From a virus (Duplodnaviria > Caudoviricetes), in IMG/VR virus record IMGVR_UViG_3300024253_000012, positions 1 to 25,978 of that record: 25,978 nucleotides of DNA; one strand, written 5' to 3'. The notes under the pieces were generated by a model that was given only the letters and a program-made list of their open reading frames with translations, had not been told where the DNA came from and did not search any database. Of this stretch, positions 8,672-16,797 are shown piece after piece; the stretch's first letter is position 1, and every line of letters starts with the position of its first letter. A program made the position numbers and the translations under genes.

Positions 8672-9958
8672 TTACGCGCGGGCTGCGAGGCCAACGAACG
8701 GGGACAGCGTGGCCGAGCCTTTATACGGGGTGATCGCGGAGTCGAGAGCGGGCTTGCCGTCAACTCTGTAGGTGACACGGAACGTCATCTCGTCGGTTAG
8801 GAACTGAACGTGCATCGAAGAAGCAAACTTCATGCCGCCCTTCGTCGCGAGGTAGTACATGCCGGGATCAACGAGATTGATATCGCCGACATCACCCAGC
8901 GCGTCGCACTGTTCCATGACCATGACCGGACGGCCTTTGATCGTGCCTTTTGTGAGGTATTCCATCGCCAGCGGGGAGATCGTGCCACCTGTGCCAATTG
9001 CGAACGACAGCGCGTCAAGCTGCGGCTCAACCTCGTGATTGATGAGCCAAACTGCGCGAGAGCGCGAAGACGGAAGCATGCGGTTCCACATCTTGGAGAT
9101 GTTCTCACTCACAACCGTGTCGGCTGCCTGATTCGTTTCCTTCGCCTGCTGGATGTAGCAACCGGAATTCTTGAATCCAAGCATCTGACCAGCGCCCGTG
9201 CCGCGAATGAGTGCATCAACCGCCACGAACTGCACTTCCTCGCCGAACGACTGCGTGAGGATAGATTCCATCGCAGAAGAGTCAGCGAGAAGTTCATCGG
9301 TTGCGTAGTACAGAGCCATGAGCTTGTTCAGGCTGAGTTCGATCTTCTTGAACTTAGGTTTGGACGCGTTGACGGATTCAGCTTCATCTGCCCAGTAAGC
9401 ACGTACGCCGCCCCAGCGCGAACCGGTTGCACGGCTCGTCTCGTCAACCCCGTTAAGCTTCACGCTGTTTGCGCTTCCGCTGATCGGAATTGGACGGCAC
9501 AGGCTGAGGATGTTGCTCGGTGCAAACATGATCTTTTCGATTGCCTCGATGAAGTCCTGCTGCACGAGGAATCCGCCCTCGGATGCAACGCCCTCGTTCG
9601 CGCCGCTTGCGTTCTGAACCTTCAACAGCCGCTCGTCAACGGTCGCACCGGCCTTTGCCGCGTTCTTGATCGCGACAAGCTGTTCACCGAAACTCTTGAA
9701 CGGGCGCGTCTCGTTGACCACGACATGTACAGGCTTGTTCACGGGATTGGTATCCTTGATCTCGTCGCCATCCTCGTCGAAGTTCTTTCCATCGTCGAGC
9801 TGTTCCTGCGCCGCGATTCTGGCTTTTACCGCCTTGAGCGCATCCGTTTTTGCGGTGATCGCTTCGGCGGTTGCATCTTTCTTGTCCTGAATCTCACGCG
9901 CTTCTTTCGTGGCCACAGAGAGTTCAGTTTCAAGATCCTTCATTGCTTTGGATTTCAT
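8672..9958 (-). CDS. Major capsid protein, HK97 fold with N-terminal scaffold (delta) domain
   Basis: 428 aa; coiled-coil N-terminus; EGGFLV, AYWADE, TDELLADS, GTGAGQMLG, FRVTYRVDG motifs. Confidence 0.95.
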   Translation of the reverse strand: MKSKAMKDLETELSVATKEAREIQDKKDATAEAITAKTDALKAVKARIAAQEQLDDGKNFDEDGDEIKDTNPVNKPVHVVVNETRPFKSFGEQLVAIKNAAKAGATVDERLLKVQNASGANEGVASEGGFLVQQDFIEAIEKIMFAPSNILSLCRPIPISGSANSVKLNGVDETSRATGSRWGGVRAYWADEAESVNASKPKFKKIELSLNKLMALYYATDELLADSSAMESILTQSFGEEVQFVAVDALIRGTGAGQMLGFKNSGCYIQQAKETNQAADTVVSENISKMWNRMLPSSRSRAVWLINHEVEPQLDALSFAIGTGGTISPLAMEYLTKGTIKGRPVMVMEQCDALGDVGDINLVDPGMYYLATKGGMKFASSMHVQFLTDEMTFRVTYRVDGKPALDSAITPYKGSATLSPFVGLAARA

Positions 9959-9982
9959 TCATTGCCTCCTTCGTTTTTGTGC

Positions 9983-10017
9983 AAAAAAATAAGCCCTAGA
10001 GTTCGCACTCAAGAGCC
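9983..10017 (-). terminator. Terminator-like hairpin between protease and MCP
   Basis: GGCTCTTGAGT-GCGA-ACTCTAGGGCT-TATTTTTTT; GNRA loop; overlaps the protease stop codon. Confidence 0.6.
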
Positions 10018-10727
10018 AGTTTCGCCCTCAAAACAGCCGTGTCATCGGGCGGTTCTGACGGTTTATAAAGCGCAACCATGCGCTTCATAGCATCGGTGTC
10101 GCTGCTGGAAAGTTTCTTTCTGTCGAACATCATCTCGACAGACTTCACATCACCGTACAGCATCGCATCGGCAAAACCCTCATTGATCGCGGTTGCCGCG
10201 CTCATATAGGTTTCCGCGTCCATCATGTCGGATATTTCCTTTGCCGTTTTCCCTGTTCTGAGCATATAGGCGTTCATAATGCACTTCTTGACTTCGTCAA
10301 GGACATCAGCCGTCTTTCTTAGGTCGGATGCATATCCGTACACTTCGCATAGCGGGTTATGAAACATAAGAATTGCAGATGGCGAAACCATCAACTTACC
10401 TTTTGCCGCCGCCATCATTGGAAGAGTTGCAGCGGACATCGCCTTTTCGGTTTTCACAGTAACCTCTCCGCTATATTCCTTGAGCGAGTTGTACATCCCG
10501 GATGCAGCAAACACGCTCCCGCCTTGACTATTGATCCAGACGGTGAGTGGCTTCCCATTGAGCTTCTTCAGCTCATCCCTGAAAGCGTTCGGAGCAGGTG
10601 CCTTAATCCCGAACCACTCCATAATCCACATGTCATCGTCATCTACAATTTCGCCATCAATTCGCAGCTCCGCGCTCTCCGGCTCTTTGTCGGTCGCCTG
10701 AATCACTTTGAAATCCCAAAATCTCAA
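9996..10727 (-). CDS. ClpP-like (S14) prohead maturation protease
   Basis: INSQGGSVF, AMSAAT (catalytic Ser), MFHNP, ETYMSA..A...GFAD motifs. Confidence 0.93.
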   Translation of the reverse strand: MRFWDFKVIQATDKEPESAELRIDGEIVDDDDMWIMEWFGIKAPAPNAFRDELKKLNGKPLTVWINSQGGSVFAASGMYNSLKEYSGEVTVKTEKAMSAATLPMMAAAKGKLMVSPSAILMFHNPLCEVYGYASDLRKTADVLDEVKKCIMNAYMLRTGKTAKEISDMMDAETYMSAATAINEGFADAMLYGDVKSVEMMFDRKKLSSSDTDAMKRMVALYKPSEPPDDTAVLRAKLALECEL

Positions 10728-11986
10728 CCAGTATCAACTCCTTCTTTCATGGTGTTTTTGATTAAAGCAATTAATTCATCTCGGTTCGTGACGTTTTTGG
10801 CACCTACTTCAACGAGGTTCGACGGCCTGTAGTACGTCTGACCTCCTCCGTTCGGTATAGGATCTTTATTCTCAAGTTCGCGAATCTCATCGGCGTTCAT
10901 CCAGCCATTTTGCACACCGGATGCATATAGGCGCGATCTTCCGAGCGCGTCTCCGCGCATAAGTCCGTCTATCTTAAACTCGAAGTAATACCCTTTCTTG
11001 ACCTGCTGCGGCGTAAGGAGTTGAGCGTTGATATTTTCTTCGGCGCGCCGGAAGATCGGAAGCATGGTATACATGACAAACTCAAGACCCTGATGCTCGA
11101 TGTTGTTGTTTGTCGATCTGTCGAGCTTGTTCACTAAGTGCTGCGGAACGCGATAAATGCGGCAGATGTCCTCAATCTGGAAATACTTGGATTCGACAAG
11201 CTGCGCATCCATCGGGGATATGCTCATTGACTTCCAAGTCATCCCGCCTTCAAGGATCATCGGCTTTCCAGCATTCACCATTCCCGCATGAGCTTCCTCG
11301 ACGCTTTTCTTTAGGCGTTCGTATGCTGTGTCTTCAAGTTTTCCGGGGTGCTCAAGCACTCCACCCGGCGTTGCTGCGTTCTTGTAAAAGTTCACGCCGT
11401 ACGATTCGTAGGAAAGACCGAGGCGCACAGAGCTTGCAGCATAGGATAGGGGAGATAGTCCGATCACACCGTCAAAGCTCAGGTTTGGGATGTGGAACAC
11501 CTGCGACCGCGCGAGCGTTCGCTTTTCGGTTTTACCGGTGATCTCATACACCAACTCGGCGGTTTTCTCATCACGTTTGATAACAACGGATTGATGAGGA
11601 TACGGCCTCAGCCCGACAAACTCACCGGCCTTGTTGTAAAGCCTCTCGCAAACCGCGTTCCCCCCCGCGCAGAAATTCGCCATCACGGTTTCCCAGAACG
11701 TGTAAGCACACATCTCGTCGTTGGGTCTGACGTGAAGGATCGAATTGATGTCCTCGTTCGTCATGTGCGTACGCTTACCGTTTTTGTCTTTTTGGTATAG
11801 CAGCAGCGGGACGCTTGCAAACGTCTCAGATAGAACGCGAATGCACGCGTTTACCGCCGAGTATTTCATGGCCGTTTCAGTGTCCATTGCCACCGGAGTG
11901 TCTTCTCCAAATAAAAACGCCCGCTGGTGATCAGCGAGCGTTCCTGTTGCAAGCACTTTGAGACGGTCTATCAGACTTAGCTTCAT
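10724..11986 (-). CDS. Portal protein, HK97 family
   Basis: 420 aa; FDGVIGLSP, EDICRIYRVP, NNIEHQGLEF, DEIRELEN motifs. Confidence 0.96.
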   Translation of the reverse strand: MKLSLIDRLKVLATGTLADHQRAFLFGEDTPVAMDTETAMKYSAVNACIRVLSETFASVPLLLYQKDKNGKRTHMTNEDINSILHVRPNDEMCAYTFWETVMANFCAGGNAVCERLYNKAGEFVGLRPYPHQSVVIKRDEKTAELVYEITGKTEKRTLARSQVFHIPNLSFDGVIGLSPLSYAASSVRLGLSYESYGVNFYKNAATPGGVLEHPGKLEDTAYERLKKSVEEAHAGMVNAGKPMILEGGMTWKSMSISPMDAQLVESKYFQIEDICRIYRVPQHLVNKLDRSTNNNIEHQGLEFVMYTMLPIFRRAEENINAQLLTPQQVKKGYYFEFKIDGLMRGDALGRSRLYASGVQNGWMNADEIRELENKDPIPNGGGQTYYRPSNLVEVGAKNVTNRDELIALIKNTMKEGVDTG

Positions 11987-11994
11987 AGCCCCTC

Positions 11995-13758
11995 CTATAA
12001 AATTCTCATACCTCGCTCTTGATAAACGCTTGTGGTGTCTTCATTCTTAATCAAACACACAAGCGCATTGATTGTCGCCGCGAGCGGGTCTATACGCTGA
12101 GAGTCATCTTTGTGACGTTTCGATAGTTTGATGTCTCCGTATGTGTTCTTCGCCTCGATTGCGTTTGCTAGGCACCAACGCGCAAGCGGAGATCCATCGT
12201 GAACGATCTTCTTTTGCAGCACCAGCTCCCGAAATCGTTTCGTCGCTTGATTGAGCGACGCCGCTGTTTGCGGGATCTCGACAACCTTTTCTTCGTTGTT
12301 GTATCGGTCGCGAAGATGAATCGCCAAATCGATTGCGTTATGTCCGTCATAACCGATCATCAAGCATCTCCACCCATAGTCTTCTTCGCGTTCATAAATC
12401 CATTGCTCGACGTAAGAGTTGTCGGTGACATCGCCGGGCGTAAGCGTCACCCACCCGTCACGCGCCCAATCCTTATAAGGAACGCGGTCGGAATGCTCGT
12501 GTTCTGTTGCTCTGTTCTGAGGCATAAACCCATACATTGAAACGGCAATTCGTCCATCTTTAAGGTTCGCTGCATATCCGGTCCCGGAAAGGTCGAGAAC
12601 CTTTCCGAGGTCAAATCCGTAATATCCTTCACTTCCTCTGGTGATTTCTGCAAATTCCTCCCGTGTCACTCGGCAGGCCTCCCACGCTTCCATGCAGCCA
12701 GAGAAGTATTTATTCTCGCTGTCGGTTTGCCAGCGGTTCATGCGCATGATCAGAAACTCGCGAATCTTCGACGCGTCGCCAGATCCATACGCGTTATCGT
12801 GCTCGCTTAAAACCTGATCGAAAAGGCGACGAGCATAATCGCCCATCGCCCTAAAAAAAGGATTTGCTTTCACCCAGCACTTTGTATCGTGCGGATCGTC
12901 TCCGTCGTCAATCTCACGAATCATGACGAAGATGCGGTCGCTCCGAACCTCGCCGGATAGAATGCGCTTGTAATAAATATCGTCCTTGTAGCAAGGTTTG
13001 TTATCAGCGTCGGTTCCGGCAGTGGTGATGATGTATTCAAGTCCTTGCCACTTCTTTCCAAGGCCAGAGGCGGCACGGTCGCGAACCGCAGATGTTTTGT
13101 GCTCGTGCCATTCCTCGATGATGATCACGGACGGCTTGTCGCCGGATTTGTTCTCCGTGTCCTTCGAGTAGAGCTTCACATCACCGCCGCGCGTCCGATG
13201 GTGGATATATGTCTTTTTTATGTCTAAGCGGCTTTTGAGTTGCGGATTTGCCGCCGCCATTTTCCAGATGTCTCCCCAGCAAGTGTTTTTCCCTTGACCC
13301 CGGTCAACCGCGACAACGGCAACAACAGGCTCGTGCTCATACTTCGCAAGCTCTGGGTGGAAAGGGGGATAGAGAGCGTCGCCGCACATGGCGTATGTTC
13401 CGACTCCCGCCGCATCTGTGGTCTTCGCTTGACCTCTCGCAATTCTGGTATAGGCTATTTTAAAGCGTCTCTCTCCGGTATCTTTGTGAACCCACCCGAA
13501 GATGCAGCCCTTGTCGAACTTCTGCCAATCCTCCATGACGATGAAACTGTCCGGGTCATCGATTCGGCGGAGCCCCTCATAGTGACGGATGATTCTGTCC
13601 GCTCTCGTTTCGTCGAAAACATAGGGGAAGTCTTCGTCTCCGACGCGTCCTAGATCATCAAGATGCCGTTTGCACGCCGCGATCTCCCACACGCAGCACG
13701 ATTCACGTGCGTCCCCGTATACAACATCTGTTGCGAATTGTGTTACTGGATGCATCAC
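11995..13758 (-). CDS. terL: Terminase large subunit (Terminase_1 type)
   Basis: 587 aa; ARGQAKT (Walker A position), IIIEEWH (Walker B position), ITTAG, KANP, GFDL, GYD, RIDP motifs. Confidence 0.95.
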   Translation of the reverse strand: MMHPVTQFATDVVYGDARESCCVWEIAACKRHLDDLGRVGDEDFPYVFDETRADRIIRHYEGLRRIDDPDSFIVMEDWQKFDKGCIFGWVHKDTGERRFKIAYTRIARGQAKTTDAAGVGTYAMCGDALYPPFHPELAKYEHEPVVAVVAVDRGQGKNTCWGDIWKMAAANPQLKSRLDIKKTYIHHRTRGGDVKLYSKDTENKSGDKPSVIIIEEWHEHKTSAVRDRAASGLGKKWQGLEYIITTAGTDADNKPCYKDDIYYKRILSGEVRSDRIFVMIREIDDGDDPHDTKCWVKANPFFRAMGDYARRLFDQVLSEHDNAYGSGDASKIREFLIMRMNRWQTDSENKYFSGCMEAWEACRVTREEFAEITRGSEGYYGFDLGKVLDLSGTGYAANLKDGRIAVSMYGFMPQNRATEHEHSDRVPYKDWARDGWVTLTPGDVTDNSYVEQWIYEREEDYGWRCLMIGYDGHNAIDLAIHLRDRYNNEEKVVEIPQTAASLNQATKRFRELVLQKKIVHDGSPLARWCLANAIEAKNTYGDIKLSKRHKDDSQRIDPLAATINALVCLIKNEDTTSVYQERGMRIL

Positions 13759-14213
13759 TCATCACCATATAAATCATCATTGATTCCTGCCGGCTTCTTT
13801 TCGGCCTTCTTCTTCGCCATTCTCAAGCGGCTTGTTGGCGTAAGTCCGAGTTTCTCAGCGTATGCAAGACGATTCTTTTCAGCCGCCTCAACTCGCGCAA
13901 AAACACGGTCATCAAACTTGTCTTCATCGAGCTGTTTATTTATCAGCTCTTGCAACCTTTCCCAACGAGAAGAAATAACGCAGTATGCAGCAAGCATGTC
14001 TGAATCAAGGTTGTCGTGCAGCGTTATTCCTTTCATGAGCTTGATTGATTTTTCCCAATAAAAAACCGCTCTCTTGTCGTTTTTCACAAAGAACGGCATT
14101 CCCAACCTGACTTTTTCCCGCTGCAATTCAATTTCAGCAGCCTCGCGCGATTTCTTCTGGTCGGGCGTCAAATGCTTATTCGTATTCGCCATAGCGACCA
14201 CGGGTTTGGGCAT
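13755..14213 (-). CDS. terS: Terminase small subunit, P27 family
   Basis: 152 aa; LAAYC and LGLTPTSR motifs; upstream of terL; AGGAGG RBS. Confidence 0.92.
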   Translation of the reverse strand: MPKPVVAMANTNKHLTPDQKKSREAAEIELQREKVRLGMPFFVKNDKRAVFYWEKSIKLMKGITLHDNLDSDMLAAYCVISSRWERLQELINKQLDEDKFDDRVFARVEAAEKNRLAYAEKLGLTPTSRLRMAKKKAEKKPAGINDDLYGDE

Positions 14214-14239
14214 CTCCGACCTCCTGTTTTTCTTGTTGA

Positions 14240-14312
14240 ATGGGGATTTTTTTTCGCAGAAGAGGGCAAGCGCGGTTCCGAAGAAAATAATTCAGAGGAT
14301 TTTCACCCCTAT
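14240..14312. other. Probable cos (packaging) region
   Basis: Non-coding gap between HNH and terS; GC-rich core CCGCGCTTGCCC (minus, 14264-14275) flanked by GGGGTGAAAATCC and AAAAAAAATCCCC. Confidence 0.6.
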
Positions 14313-14373
14313 GGAACATCCTATCCGCAAATAATCCGCTCTTATCGCATATTGAGATGTTTGTTTTTGCTCT

Positions 14374-14751
14374 TTAAAGTTCGAACGTCCCCACGATCGT
14401 TCGCTTACCCTTAATCGTATTGCAATGCAAGCACGCGGGTTGATGATTGCTTTCCCTCCAGAAGTTCTGGTCATACGGCCCATTGACTGGGATGATATGA
14501 TCTACGCATTCAGCAAGCAGGGTGCATCCGGGTAAGTGCAGTTTGCATATCTGATGGTCGGGGTGACTTAGGTATTGCTTGCTGTATTTTGCCCAACGAT
14601 AGTTGTACCCGCGCTCGTACGCTGTCCCTCTGCGTCGATCTCGTTGTTTGTATGTGATCTCCGCATCGGATTGATGTAAGTCGCAGTACTTACTCGTCGT
14701 AAGATTCTTACATCCCGCATGTGCGCAAAACCGCTTTGGTTTACTTGGCAT
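14374..14751 (-). CDS. HNH endonuclease (HK97 gp74-like packaging cofactor)
   Basis: RGY..RW, VDHIIP, SNHQPACLHCN motifs; N-terminal Cys/His knuckle; next to terS. Confidence 0.92.
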   Translation of the reverse strand: MPSKPKRFCAHAGCKNLTTSKYCDLHQSDAEITYKQRDRRRGTAYERGYNYRWAKYSKQYLSHPDHQICKLHLPGCTLLAECVDHIIPVNGPYDQNFWRESNHQPACLHCNTIKGKRTIVGTFEL

Positions 14752-14929
14752 GCTTCTTCCGCTTCCTTCTGCGCTTTCTTGGCTTATCGCATATGATCAC
14801 GTTATAACCCGGTCTCTCGCACTTGTCGCAAAGACCTCCCATCAACGGGTGTACCAATATGACCGAATATCCTGCGTCCATGTAATCCTCTCGGCAACAT
14901 CTACATAGACACCTTTCATCGCGGCTCAT
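14741..14929 (-). CDS. 62-aa Cys-rich basic protein (possible Zn-binding)
   Basis: MSRDERCLCRCC...CDKC...KPRKRRRKRKK; ATGA overlap at 14926-14929. Confidence 0.65.
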   Translation of the reverse strand: MSRDERCLCRCCREDYMDAGYSVILVHPLMGGLCDKCERPGYNVIICDKPRKRRRKRKKHAK

Positions 14930-15066
14930 GACCCGCGTACCACACTTAACGCAAGACACGCCAGCGCAACGAAGAAGCCCACAATGCATATAGGCTTGTC
15001 CTCTGCGTAACCTTTGACAAGGCACCATGCACAGACAATAAGCAGCGCGATTGATAGTATGTTCAT
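14926..15066 (-). CDS. 46-aa two-TM membrane protein
   Basis: MNILSIALLIVCAWCLVKGYAEDKPICIVGFFVALACLALSVVRGS; GAGGTGG RBS. Confidence 0.7.
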   Translation of the reverse strand: MNILSIALLIVCAWCLVKGYAEDKPICIVGFFVALACLALSVVRGS

Positions 15067-15079
15067 GCTTCCACCTCGC

Positions 15080-15115
15080 AAACTAAAAAGAACGCACCGA
15101 CGAATCAATGCGTTC
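15080..15115 (-). terminator. Intrinsic terminator T2 in the late leader
   Basis: GAACGCATTGA-TTCG-TCGGTGCGTTC-TTTTTAGTTT: 11-bp stem (2 G-U), UUCG loop. Confidence 0.8.
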
Positions 15116-15240
15116 CGCTTCCCGCTTTTCACACCCCAGAACCCAGCATAACGACGCATGGCTTCGGAATGAGCAGGACATACATTCCATCCAGCTCTGT
15201 TCTTTTGCTTAAAATACGCGCTTGCAAACCGCTATTTTCC

Positions 15241-15280
15241 AAAACTAAAAGAAGACCCGCTCTTTCGTGAGAGGGTCTTC
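15241..15280 (-). terminator. Intrinsic terminator T1 in the late leader
   Basis: GAAGACCC...GGGTCTTC-TTTTAGTTTT: 8-bp perfect basal stem plus U tract. Confidence 0.8.
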
Positions 15281-15355
15281 CTGCTCCGAACCATTATTTA
15301 CAGTTCGCTTTAACGGGCTACAGCCCATACAGTTTGTTTGGTTTTCGACACTCAC

Positions 15356-15400
15356 ATACTACCACTTGTGCTTTAGCGTGTAAAGTGCAGGTTTTTTGCA
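15356..15400 (-). promoter_or_regulatory. Putative late promoter with upstream TGCA-N7-TGCA element
   Basis: TTTACA (15384-15379), 17-nt spacer, TG-n-TAGTAT (15361-15356); TGCAAAAAACCTGCA just upstream of the -35. Confidence 0.7.
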
Positions 15401-15403
15401 TGA

Positions 15404-15631
15404 TTAAACGGAGAACTTCGCCACCGTCTGCATCTCGATCACAGCAAGTTCCGCGTCGGATTTAGCAACTAAGTCGCTGGCAATCCTCGCGGCTACTACC
15501 GGATTCGCCTTGTGCATCACAACCAGAGATTTGGCGAGTACGGTTCTCTTGCGAGATTGGATGTTCTCCACATTCGCTCTGACCGTTCGTAGGCTCTGGA
15601 TATCTTTCTTCACTTGATCGGGTGTAATCAT
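15404..15631 (-). CDS. 75-aa hypothetical helical protein
   Basis: MITPDQVKKDIQSL...; ATGA overlap with the regulator stop. Confidence 0.65.
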   Translation of the reverse strand: MITPDQVKKDIQSLRTVRANVENIQSRKRTVLAKSLVVMHKANPVVAARIASDLVAKSDAELAVIEMQTVAKFSV

Positions 15632-16179
15632 TCCGACACCGCCTGAATCCCGAACAGCAGGGAAGATAGCCGTTCGCACATTTCGTCACAGTCGCGATAA
15701 ACCGTAGTCTTGTCTACGTTCTCTTTTTGCGCAATTTCCATCGGAGTATACGGCGGGTCAAGAATATATCTCGCTTCAAACTCCCTGTATTTCCTTACCT
15801 CGACAGGGTTCGTTGAGTTTAAGTAGAGTTGGGCGAGTATTCCGAGCATCGCATCCATGTGTGCGACCATCACCGCAGATCGAGCCTTTGCAGCTACAAT
15901 AGCTTTCACGTCGATCTTCGCGTCTCCTTCCTCCATCATCGATTTGAAGAAATCAAAGGTTTCCGCCTCCGCCTCTTTGAGCGACGTGATAGCGTCTTTG
16001 GCGTTGAGCTTTATCTCTCGGTAATGGCGCATCAGACGCGCGGTGTTTCCGAGTCTCATGTCGATCTTCTTACGCCGCTGCTTCTTAACCTCCGATTCGT
16101 ATCGGTCGATCCCGGCCTTCGCCCCAGCTTCGGCCGCAAGTTTTATGATTTCATCTTGAGTGAGTTGTTTGTTTTCCAT
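15628..16179 (-). CDS. Putative late-gene transcriptional regulator (ArpU/RinA-like position, C-terminal HTH)
   Basis: 183 aa from MENKQL; TPMEIAQKENVDKTTVYRD sigma-region-4-like HTH; last large ORF before the late promoter. Confidence 0.75.
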   Translation of the reverse strand: MENKQLTQDEIIKLAAEAGAKAGIDRYESEVKKQRRKKIDMRLGNTARLMRHYREIKLNAKDAITSLKEAEAETFDFFKSMMEEGDAKIDVKAIVAAKARSAVMVAHMDAMLGILAQLYLNSTNPVEVRKYREFEARYILDPPYTPMEIAQKENVDKTTVYRDCDEMCERLSSLLFGIQAVSE

Positions 16180-16414
16180 TCGCACCATCCTTTTCGAACA
16201 TAAGTATTGGCTCGCACACTCCGTGACCACAACAAACCGAAATAGCTCCATCGACATGCCCAACGCAAGCATCGTATCCTTCCGGCGTTGGCATCCTTCC
16301 GCATCTTATACACTGTCTACTGTCGTCCGCTGGTTCGCCGTTATCGGAATAAAACCACGCGCGCCCGTCTGTAGAATAAATCTCATGCCCGCGCAACGTT
16401 GTCTTTAGCGTCAT
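16151..16414 (-). CDS. Cys/His-rich hypothetical protein
   Basis: 87 aa; RGH...CxxC...DAC...CCGHG; ATGA overlap. Confidence 0.75.
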   Translation of the reverse strand: MTLKTTLRGHEIYSTDGRAWFYSDNGEPADDSRQCIRCGRMPTPEGYDACVGHVDGAISVCCGHGVCEPILMFEKDGANGKQTTHSR

Positions 16415-16797
16415 TTCGCACCGTCCTTCTCCAGCAGCTCCGCGAGGTCGTAAACCTTAGTTGGCTCAAATCCTCGCAATAAATCGGATTTTTCAAAGAT
16501 TGATCCAACACTTGTGAACTTTTCTAGCGGCATTGCGTCTATATCTTTTTTGTAAAACGAAGTCCATTCAATTTGCTGAACGTGAGTCGCTCCAAGTGCC
16601 ATAAACGCTTTCATCAACGCCATCGCCTCGTCGGAGAAGCGCGGTGGGTCTGTGAGGTCGATAGAGGCAGGATCGCATTCTTGTAAACTGAAGCATACTT
16701 CGTTGTATTTGCAACTTTTGCATCCAAATTCATGGCTTCCGTCCCTGCACTCGTCCTGCATCTCTCCGAGCGTGATATACCGTTTCGGCTTATTCAT
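16411..16797 (-). CDS. Hypothetical protein with N-terminal Cys cluster
   Basis: 128 aa; GGAGG RBS; ATGA overlaps. Confidence 0.75.
   Translation of the reverse strand: MNKPKRYITLGEMQDECRDGSHEFGCKSCKYNEVCFSLQECDPASIDLTDPPRFSDEAMALMKAFMALGATHVQQIEWTSFYKKDIDAMPLEKFTSVGSIFEKSDLLRGFEPTKVYDLAELLEKDGAK

Noticed and set aside
8810-10090. 426-aa plus-strand ORF
   Set aside because: Antisense shadow of the major capsid gene; no recognisable motifs; explained by codon bias on the coding strand
14292-14483. 63-aa ORF over the HNH end and cos gap
   Set aside because: Overlaps HNH out of frame, has no RBS, and the region fits a non-coding packaging site
15067-15159. N-terminal extension of the 14926 ORF (MRRYAG...)
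   Set aside because: It crosses terminator T2 and lacks an RBS; ATG 15066 has one. Longer ORF-track starts at 16272, 18395, 18586, 18848, 21116, 22461 and 15028 were rejected for similar overlap/RBS reasons
15120-15350. Possible tRNA (GGTTCG resembles a T-loop)
   Set aside because: No T-stem closure, anticodon arm or acceptor stem could be built by eye
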